DNA from: a virus | Direction: 5' to 3' (one strand) | Virus record (IMG/VR): IMGVR_UViG_3300037107_000081 | Span: 1-64,000 of that record | DNA: 64,000 nt | Part shown: one piece after another, positions 57,239 to 64,000 of the stretch | Position numbering within the stretch: position 1 is the first letter of the stretch | How the letters are laid out: each line of letters starts with the position of its first letter | Made by a program: the position numbers and the translations under genes | The notes under the pieces: generated by a model | The model's database searches: none | What the model was told of the DNA's origin: nothing | Seen by the model: only the letters and a program-made list of their open reading frames with translations

Positions 57239-58473
57239 TGAATCAAGATATTTGGGATGAATTTGAAAAAATAGCAGTTGCACAAGGATTAATTGCATTG
57301 TCCGAAGATGATTATTCTAAACCGTTGCCTAAGCGTTATGATTCGTTGTCTGATGATGCGATCCGTTTGCTTTATAACATTGAACCGGAACCAGAAAAAG
57401 ACAAGACTATTATAGAAGTAGCACACCCAGAAACCTTTACTGTTGGTACTGCTTATGATGCCATGAACTCGGTTGTTGAAAATGAACACCAACACCAAGA
57501 TATGATGGCCTATATTGCGTTGAAAGTTCCAAACGGCCACCTCACACAAAGACGTTATGTTGCTGCAAAACAAGAACTGTTAAACTCATTAATACGATCA
57601 GCTTTCACTCTCGATAATAAAGATGAAGAAGGCCTGATGGTTCTTGCTGATTCTTGCGCAAAAAGATTGGATGAACGAAGTGAACAAATTACTAAAGAGG
57701 GTATTGCCCCTTTAGCAGTTGCCGGGGTTGCTAGTGCTGCTGCATTACTCGGCATTGCTTACTATTTTATATGGGGAGCTCCAACAGCACAAAATGTATA
57801 CACCAATGCACAAAGGGTTTTAGATGCTCTTGAACCATTATCAGATCAACCATACGCAGATCCTATCAAAAAAGATATGACCACTGTAATGAGTATGGCC
57901 GAACAACTGCATGCAATGAGAACACAACTTGCAACCGTTCATTCTGTTGATGATGTCGTTAATGCCGCACAACAAGCTTCTGAAAATGCAAAAATAGAAG
58001 AGGCAAAAACCAAGAGAGATGCTTACGTTGCTCAGTTAAGGAAAATTTATGCAGCTCTTCCGGAATGGGTTAGAGCAATTAGGTCGGCTCACGTAAATCA
58101 AACAAGCACCAATGATTTCTTCGCTAAACTACAGGAAATTGGCAGCATCTTTACAGAGGGCGGTGCTGATGAAAAATTGGTCCATGAATTAATTGGTAAG
58201 TCTGATTGGTTCGCAAAGATAAAACAATACATTCCGGGTACACAAGATCATTATGCACCAGGCCAAGACAATTCAAAAGAAGCTGTGCATGGCGGCCTAA
58301 AAGAAGCAATCGAAAATGAAATATCGGTTATGAAACAATCTTTTAATAAAGCCCAAGAACAAGTACCAGAAATTCAAAACTCATTGGATATCGCCGCACA
58401 AAAAACCAAACCATCTACCCCAGACGATGCAAAAAATATGTTGGTCAAAGATACAGTCGATAATTTTACATAA
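57238..58473 (+). CDS. putative membrane-inserting virion protein
   Basis: AHP-module and hairpin tag; ITKEG immediately followed by IAPLAVAGVASAAALLGIAYYFIWG. Confidence 0.65.
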   Translation: MNQDIWDEFEKIAVAQGLIALSEDDYSKPLPKRYDSLSDDAIRLLYNIEPEPEKDKTIIEVAHPETFTVGTAYDAMNSVVENEHQHQDMMAYIALKVPNGHLTQRRYVAAKQELLNSLIRSAFTLDNKDEEGLMVLADSCAKRLDERSEQITKEGIAPLAVAGVASAAALLGIAYYFIWGAPTAQNVYTNAQRVLDALEPLSDQPYADPIKKDMTTVMSMAEQLHAMRTQLATVHSVDDVVNAAQQASENAKIEEAKTKRDAYVAQLRKIYAALPEWVRAIRSAHVNQTSTNDFFAKLQEIGSIFTEGGADEKLVHELIGKSDWFAKIKQYIPGTQDHYAPGQDNSKEAVHGGLKEAIENEISVMKQSFNKAQEQVPEIQNSLDIAAQKTKPSTPDDAKNMLVKDTVDNFT

Positions 58474-58477
58474 TCTC

Positions 58478-58510
58478 CTCTGGTAAAAATAATAATAATC
58501 AATGAATGTA
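58478..58510 (+). repeat. bipartite dispersed motif, copy 13
   Basis: ctctggtaaaaataataataatcaatgaatgta; offset 27. Confidence 0.85.
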
Positions 58511-59005
58511 CCAAATGAAATAATAGCCTGGAAAAAGTACCTAACTACTAAGGCGCTTTATTCAGGACCTATTAATAAAGATAATAACCTTGAATTCAAA
58601 TCAGCTATCAAAAACCTAGAATCACTCTTAACCAAACATTCCCCATCTATAAAAGGTATGATCTGGAAAAATAATACCGTAAATAAAAATGTTTCTATCG
58701 TCGATGTAAATAATGCCCTAAACCTATTGTCTAAATTCGCCCAAGCCGATCTAGATGCTTTAGGTCCCCCAGATGCAGATCAACGAGGTACCATAATTAA
58801 TCAAATGTTTTTAAGCCAGGATATGAAAAATTCAGACAATTGGAGCGAATCAAATAACCAAAATCAAGGCCGCGAAGGCTCAACTATCCCAAAAAATCTA
58901 AATCCCTCTGGTAAAAAAATAACTCAAGAAATACCGCAAAAACACCAAAATATTGACGATAGAATGAAGGCACTAACTGATTTATTAGAAAATGTGAAAA
59001 AATAA
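58502..59005 (+). CDS. hypothetical protein, degenerate peptidoglycan-binding-like N-terminus
   Basis: IIAWKKYL...LYSGPIN.....FKSAIKNLE; LSKFAQ. Confidence 0.5.
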   Translation: MNVPNEIIAWKKYLTTKALYSGPINKDNNLEFKSAIKNLESLLTKHSPSIKGMIWKNNTVNKNVSIVDVNNALNLLSKFAQADLDALGPPDADQRGTIINQMFLSQDMKNSDNWSESNNQNQGREGSTIPKNLNPSGKKITQEIPQKHQNIDDRMKALTDLLENVKK

Positions 59006-59135
59006 TTTAATAAACTACTACTACTAATGTATTTAATTTGTAAGGTGTCTTGATTACCTAAATATCAAGGGAAAGTAAGACCAAGATGTAAGACAATAAA
59101 AGCACTAAATAAATAAGTGCAATAGGATATAATAT

Positions 59136-59843
59136 ATGGCATTAGAACTTGTACAGCCTGGCATTCAACCGCTAGGTCAATTTGATGGCGCGGATGCTAT
59201 CTATCTAACTGTAAAAGGTGGAGAAGTTGCAACAATCAAAGCCGCAGTAGCTACCTCCGCTACCGACGAAGCCGCAGCAGATGTTTTCAATGATGGCTAT
59301 GTGCTTGCTTCCGGCGTAAAACAACGTCCAGTCGCAACAACCGTCCTCGCAAACGGTAACCGTCCCCTTATGTTGGTGGATGACGGTATCTTTGGTTACG
59401 GAACTTTGTTTGGTTCAGTGATCGGTGGAATTGCTGGTCAGATTGCTTACGGCGTCAACCAGGCATCTGCTACTCAACTAGGCCCACACACTGCAGCAGG
59501 ATCGGGTAAGCTTACTCTGTGGGATAAGTCAGGTACATATGCTGTGACATTGGATGCGGTTCATACAGACGTGACTGCTGGTTTGGTTCCTACTAACCCA
59601 ACATTGACGATTGGTGCTGCTCTTTATGCAACAACTAAAGGCCTCTTAACTCCAACTAGCGGAAATGCCTTCGAAGCAATTCGTCTTGGCTCTTTCCTTA
59701 ACTTCGAAGCTTATAAGGGCGGAAGCTTGGTTACGACTCCGGTCAGCCTTGTCTCTGCTTCTAAGAGCCCAGTTGGCGTTGGTCAGCCTCAGACTAGTGC
59801 AATGGCCCGTGCGTTGATTTACTTCGCTCCTCCAACCACATAA
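59136..59843 (+). CDS. head decoration/cement protein
   Basis: Immediately upstream of the MCP; Gly/Ala/Thr-rich; HTAAGSGKLTLW, LYATTKGLLT. Confidence 0.7.
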   Translation: MALELVQPGIQPLGQFDGADAIYLTVKGGEVATIKAAVATSATDEAAADVFNDGYVLASGVKQRPVATTVLANGNRPLMLVDDGIFGYGTLFGSVIGGIAGQIAYGVNQASATQLGPHTAAGSGKLTLWDKSGTYAVTLDAVHTDVTAGLVPTNPTLTIGAALYATTKGLLTPTSGNAFEAIRLGSFLNFEAYKGGSLVTTPVSLVSASKSPVGVGQPQTSAMARALIYFAPPTT

Positions 59844-59846
59844 TCG

Positions 59847-59888
59847 TGAATATAGATTCTGGAGATGCTTTCGTGTCTCCAGATTCAC
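59847..59888 (+). other. intergenic stem-loop before the MCP
   Basis: tctggagat/gtctccaga stem closed by gtgaat/attcac. Confidence 0.65.
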
Positions 59889-59941
59889 TAGCTGTTGATG
59901 GATTTTGGCAGCTTATAAACAGTAAACCTTAGGAGATATTT

Positions 59942-60952
59942 ATGTCTTTATTTGATACCCATGGTGGTATGAATGCTTCGTCTGTAAGAGACGCATTGAA
60001 TACGTTAGTTAAATACGCAGCGATCATAGAAGAAGGTCAGCCCTCGAATATGGCGCTATCAGGTCAACCAAGCCTGAATGATGAGAAACGAGATGAGCTT
60101 ATCGCCAGAGCAATTATGACCCAGGAAGGGAAGCTTGCTCTTGCTCAGGCTATGGCAAACCCAATTCGTAGAAACCTTGATTATCAGGGAATTGCACGTC
60201 GTCTGTTGGTCGTAGATCCACTTCCACAAGGAGTAGATCCGAAGTATGAGCGTGATATCGATGTCGCAGCTACCGTTATTTCCAGCAATGGTACCGGTGG
60301 TGAAAGCCGCGTGTTCGGTGATCGTATCGTAATTCCTACCTTCGAACTTTACTCGAACCCAACCGTTCGCATTTCAGAAGTTCGTCGTCGTAGATTCAAC
60401 GTGATTGATCGTGCGGTCCAGAAGGCACGTCAAGAAATAATGGCCCAGGAAGATGCCAACATTTTCGCAGCCATTGATGCAGCTTCAACTGTTGAGAATG
60501 CCGCTCAGGATATTACTGATGGTGGAATGCTTAAGAGAGACTTGGTCGATATTAAGGTCCAGATTGATCGTTGGGACCTGGTAACGACAAAGTATTTCAT
60601 GAATATCAATGAGTTTACTGATATTCTTAACTGGGCATCCGGCGGTGGCCAGGGCGCAGGTGGTGGAGAAATTGATCCAGTTACACAGCGCGAAATTCTC
60701 CAGACCGGTCTCTATGCTCACATTTGGGGCGCGGACATTATGGTGTCAAAGATTGTTCCACCAGGAACCGTTTATGGAGCGGCCGATCCAGAGTTTGTAG
60801 GTGTTTTGCCCATAAGACAAGACATCGAGGTAATTCCGGCCGATGAGCCGAAGCAACTCAAATTGGGTTGGGTTGTGAGTGAAGAAATCGGCATTGGTAT
60901 CGTGAATCCACGAGCCGTTGCTGTATCGCGCAAGTCAACGATTGTTCAATAA
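59942..60952 (+). CDS. major capsid protein (HK97 fold)
   Basis: AGGAG RBS; LAQAMANPIRRNLDYQGIARRLL, FELYSNPTV, AQEDANIF, GHIWG-like AHIWGADI, LGWVVSEEIGIGIVNPRAV; followed by a strong terminator. Confidence 0.9.
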   Translation: MSLFDTHGGMNASSVRDALNTLVKYAAIIEEGQPSNMALSGQPSLNDEKRDELIARAIMTQEGKLALAQAMANPIRRNLDYQGIARRLLVVDPLPQGVDPKYERDIDVAATVISSNGTGGESRVFGDRIVIPTFELYSNPTVRISEVRRRRFNVIDRAVQKARQEIMAQEDANIFAAIDAASTVENAAQDITDGGMLKRDLVDIKVQIDRWDLVTTKYFMNINEFTDILNWASGGGQGAGGGEIDPVTQREILQTGLYAHIWGADIMVSKIVPPGTVYGAADPEFVGVLPIRQDIEVIPADEPKQLKLGWVVSEEIGIGIVNPRAVAVSRKSTIVQ

Positions 60953-60977
60953 TAGCTAAAAAACAGCTAGTTTTGAT

Positions 60978-61010
60978 AAAGGTCAGGTATTCGGTTACCT
61001 GGCCTTTTTC
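60978..61010 (+). terminator. intrinsic terminator after the MCP
   Basis: aaaggtcaggta-ttcggt-tacctggccttttt. Confidence 0.9.
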
Positions 61011-61055
61011 ATTTAAACATAATTTTCGATATATTATTTCATAATTAAAGTTTTT

Positions 61056-61083
61056 GTCGAGAACCTGCTACTGAACCGATATA
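61056..61083 (+). promoter_or_regulatory. candidate promoter GTCGAG-N16-GATATA
   Basis: Lies between the terminator and the AGGAG RBS of 61132. Confidence 0.45.
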
Positions 61084-61131
61084 TTAATTAGTACATGCAA
61101 TGAGCCTGTACATTAATATTAGGAGTTAGTT

Positions 61132-63060
61132 GTGAATAATAAAATAATAGAGTTATATGAATCTGGAAAATCAAGTTATGAGGTTAGCAAATTAACTGGT
61201 GTTTCTGCTACTCAAGTGCGTCGAATATTAAATAAATATTCTGTAAAAATGAAAGATAATAAGACGCCAGATAAAATTGAAGATCAAATAATTGAGAGAT
61301 ATACAAACGGAGAATCATCAGAAAAAATATCTGCTGATCTTGGGATTAATGGAACAACCGTTTGTAGAATATTAAAAAGACGTGGTATTGATCTTAGGTC
61401 TCCAAGTCAAAGGCATCGTATATTACCATTATTTGAAGATTACCTTGATAATATGGATACTGAGGAAAAAGCATATTTTCTTGGGTTTATGTATGCTGAT
61501 GGAAATGTTAGCTCTTCAATGGGAGCCTTTTCGTTAACTTTACATAATAAAGATATAGAAATATTACAAAGGTTTTCTAATTTGTTTTATGGTGAAGATA
61601 GAACTGTTTCAAGAAAAGAGCCATATGTTACATTATCTATTTATAGTCTTCATATGAAAGAAAAACTTATTAGTTATGGTTGTATGCCAAATAAAACATT
61701 TAAAACAAAGATGCCTACGTTTTTGCGACAAGATTTAGTTAGGCATTTTATTCGTGGTTTATATGATGGTGATGGTTGTATTTCTACGTCAAGTAATATG
61801 ATTAGGGTAATATTAACTGGAAGCTTAACATTTCTTGAAGAAGTTAAAGATGCTATATTGTCTTATAAACCAAGTATACAACCCATTATAAGATTAACCA
61901 AACATAAAACAAATGTTGCAGATATGGTTATGGGAAAACAAGCTGATTGTGTTGATTTTCTTAATTGGATTTATCAAGATGCAACAATATATCTTAGTAG
62001 AAAGTATATATCATATCATAGCGTTTTGGAATTGTGTAAGCCTCCAAAAAATTACGGATCAACAAATATAGTATCATATAATGGACAAAAACTAACTAGT
62101 GAGTTTGTATCATCTATACCTGTTGCTGAACGTGAAAATATAGCACAATATTTACTAAGTTATTTTAGACGTCAAGGTTTTCCATATCAAACATTTTATA
62201 AAGTAGAAATGGAAGAAGATTTTAATAAGCTATGTAATCTTGAAATTAAAATAGAAAGTGAAATAAAAACACTACCAGAATGTGGACTTAAAGCATTCAA
62301 ACATTTTTGCCCACATTTTCATGAAGTTAAAAATAATAAAATGTTAAGTATGGTTGAAGTATTTAATGATGATGGTTTGTTAATGGATGTGATTAGAAAT
62401 CGTTTAGGAATTACTTATAAAGAAACGTTTAATATTACGGGAAATATGATTAGGCAGGGCATTAGAAATTCTAGAAGTGGTTTTGCAGCCAGTCTATTTA
62501 AACCATCTTTAGCTAAGGGTGTATATGATAAATTTGTACCTGATAATGGTGTTGTATTAGATATATCTGCTGGGTTTGGGCAAAGAATGTTAGGGGCAAT
62601 GGCTAGTAAAAAGGTTAGTAAATATATTGGTATTGATCCTTGGGATAAGCAAATAGAGGCACTTTCTAAAATAAAAGAATTCTTTAATTCTGATAAGGTA
62701 GAGTTGCACTGTGCTGGTTCTGAGAATTTTTATTTGCCAGAAAACTCTATTGATTTTTGTTTTTCATCACCACCATTCTTTGATAAGGAAATTTATACCG
62801 GTGATGTAAATCAAGCATGTCATAATCGTAGTTTTTCTGAATTTATTGAGGATTGGTGGGTTCCAACTGCTACCATGGTATATAAATCATTAAAGCCAAA
62901 TTCATTATTTGTATTAAATATGAATTTATCAATGGCTAAAATAATGATTGAAAGAGTAGAAAAGTTATTTAAGGAAATTGATCAGTTTTATATTTCTTAT
63001 TTAAGGAATTATATTTCTTCAGAAGGTAAAGATACTTTTTTTGTTTTGAAGAAGATTTAA
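61132..63060 (+). CDS. HTH-HTH-LAGLIDADG homing endonuclease fused to an amino (N4C/N6A) DNA methyltransferase-like domain
   Basis: Two HTH repeats; AYFLGFMYADG and HFIRGLYDGDG; then VLDISAGFGQR (motif I), YIGID, FSSPPFF (motif IV). Confidence 0.85.
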   Translation: MNNKIIELYESGKSSYEVSKLTGVSATQVRRILNKYSVKMKDNKTPDKIEDQIIERYTNGESSEKISADLGINGTTVCRILKRRGIDLRSPSQRHRILPLFEDYLDNMDTEEKAYFLGFMYADGNVSSSMGAFSLTLHNKDIEILQRFSNLFYGEDRTVSRKEPYVTLSIYSLHMKEKLISYGCMPNKTFKTKMPTFLRQDLVRHFIRGLYDGDGCISTSSNMIRVILTGSLTFLEEVKDAILSYKPSIQPIIRLTKHKTNVADMVMGKQADCVDFLNWIYQDATIYLSRKYISYHSVLELCKPPKNYGSTNIVSYNGQKLTSEFVSSIPVAERENIAQYLLSYFRRQGFPYQTFYKVEMEEDFNKLCNLEIKIESEIKTLPECGLKAFKHFCPHFHEVKNNKMLSMVEVFNDDGLLMDVIRNRLGITYKETFNITGNMIRQGIRNSRSGFAASLFKPSLAKGVYDKFVPDNGVVLDISAGFGQRMLGAMASKKVSKYIGIDPWDKQIEALSKIKEFFNSDKVELHCAGSENFYLPENSIDFCFSSPPFFDKEIYTGDVNQACHNRSFSEFIEDWWVPTATMVYKSLKPNSLFVLNMNLSMAKIMIERVEKLFKEIDQFYISYLRNYISSEGKDTFFVLKKI

Positions 63061-63082
63061 TAAAATAATCCTCCAAACAAAT

Positions 63083-63109
63083 AGCCTGGCTTAACCGCCG
63101 GGCTTTTTC
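63083..63109 (+). terminator. intrinsic terminator
   Basis: agcctggc-ttaacc-gccgggct followed by a T tract. Confidence 0.85.
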
Positions 63110-63122
63110 ATTTAAAATTGCT

Positions 63123-63138
63123 TGATATATACTTATGC
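63123..63138 (+). promoter_or_regulatory. TGATATATAC box 16 nt before an RBS-less ATG
   Basis: Same box and spacing as 19223/19239. Confidence 0.45.
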
Positions 63139-64000
63139 ATGAAGTTTAGATTCCATATTTTAGGACACCCGCATACCGCAGTAAATGATGATTATTGTGG
63201 TTGTGCCTATACGCAAAAGCACAAAAAATTTATTAAAATGATGGCTTCCCGCGGCCACGAAATAATCCTTTATGCTAACGAAGGGTCTATAGTTCCTCCT
63301 GGTGTGGAATTCGTACAAATATTTACTGAAGCTGAGCGGGCGTCATGGTTTGGTACTCATGATAGGCAAAAGCAATACGATCTTCAATGGGATGGCAACG
63401 TTGATTATTGGCGGCTGTTTAATGAACGGGCGGCACCTGAGGTATTAAAACGTGCTCGTAAGGGTGATTTTATACTCACATTATCTGGTGAAAATTGCAA
63501 TACGTATGTAGGCGATCAATTCCCTGGGTCATATGGAGGGATAGCATCGAAGGTAATGTATGTAGAGTATGGAATTGGGTATTATGGAACTGTTTCAAGG
63601 TATCGTGTGTACGAGAGCAACACACATCGGGAGTGGCAAAAAGGTGCTGTTGATTGTAAGGGTGAAGATAATCTTGATGCTGTTATTTACAATTATTTTG
63701 ATCTTGACGAATTTAAGATGCCCGCTATACGAGATTCGCGAATACCCACTGATCCTTATTATTTATTTATAGGGCGATTGAATACAGATAAAGGATATAA
63801 TATTGCAATTGATGTTACTAGGGATATAGGGGCTAAGCTTATAATAGCGGGGCAGGGTAATATAGGTGAGGTTCCTTCTCATGTAACATTGTGGGGGCAT
63901 GCAACTATCAAGGAGCGGGCTGAATTAATGGGTAATGCGATAGCTACATTTACGCCCACTCATTATAGGGAGCCATTTGGGGGTACGGCTACAGAGACAC
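63139..64000 (+). CDS. GT-B family 4 glycosyltransferase, 3'-truncated by window edge
   Basis: Manual translation: MKFRFHILGHPHT...MASRGHEIILY...YLFIGRLNTDKG...LIIAGQG...YREPFGGTATE. Confidence 0.85.
   Translation, partial: MKFRFHILGHPHTAVNDDYCGCAYTQKHKKFIKMMASRGHEIILYANEGSIVPPGVEFVQIFTEAERASWFGTHDRQKQYDLQWDGNVDYWRLFNERAAPEVLKRARKGDFILTLSGENCNTYVGDQFPGSYGGIASKVMYVEYGIGYYGTVSRYRVYESNTHREWQKGAVDCKGEDNLDAVIYNYFDLDEFKMPAIRDSRIPTDPYYLFIGRLNTDKGYNIAIDVTRDIGAKLIIAGQGNIGEVPSHVTLWGHATIKERAELMGNAIATFTPTHYREPFGGTATET

Noticed and set aside
19835-58918. Core-only CTGGTAAAA matches at about 19835, 29718(-), 43757 and 58906
   Set aside because: They lack the TGTA box at 25-28 nt, and the plus-strand ones can arise from Ser-Gly-Lys codons; not counted as motif copies.
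59942-60952. Encapsulin rather than phage capsid
   Set aside because: The context of terminase, portal, protease and decoration gene indicates a true major capsid protein.
63569-63772. 67-aa ORF in the track
   Set aside because: Out-of-frame overlap inside the GT4 glycosyltransferase that starts at 63139.
1-64000. Alternative genetic code (stop-codon reassignment)
   Set aside because: Long genes are intact in the standard code, and TAA, TAG and TGA all end genes at sensible boundaries.

Overview
This window is part of a large AT-rich tailed-phage (jumbo/huge-phage-like) genome. Almost all genes are on the + strand and read in the standard code; the host cannot be determined from this window. 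Bases 1-22.5 kb form a replication/recombination module: Rad50/SbcC-like ATPase C-terminus, MazG-like protein, dNMP kinase, Cas4-like PD-(D/E)XK nuclease, trigger factor, DnaE, RecA, gp32-like SSB, RuvC-like resolvase, DnaJ, primase core and a sigma-region-4 HTH protein. Bases 23.4-61 kb form an unusually long head module: GpA-type terminase, portal, protease/scaffold, decoration-like paralogues, major capsid protein and about 25 hypothetical proteins, with a CCA/poly(A)-type nucleotidyltransferase and a CX5R phosphatase embedded. A LAGLIDADG-methyltransferase fusion and a partial GT4 glycosyltransferase follow. Four signals stand out. (1) Head-module proteins repeatedly carry a hydrophobic-x-K-x-[A/G] motif, and nine carry a shared helical-hairpin motif; together these look like a capsid-loading tag plus a maturation-protease cleavage site. 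(2) A start-less 165-codon ORF at 49234-49731 is reachable by a -1 frameshift at U_UUU_UUA with GGAGG 10 nt upstream. (3) A bipartite DNA motif, CTCTGGTAAAA...AATGTA with fixed spacing, occurs about 13 times on both strands. (4) A peptidoglycan-binding/transmembrane protein cluster lies just upstream of the capsid genes. All calls come from motif recognition by eye; no searches were run.
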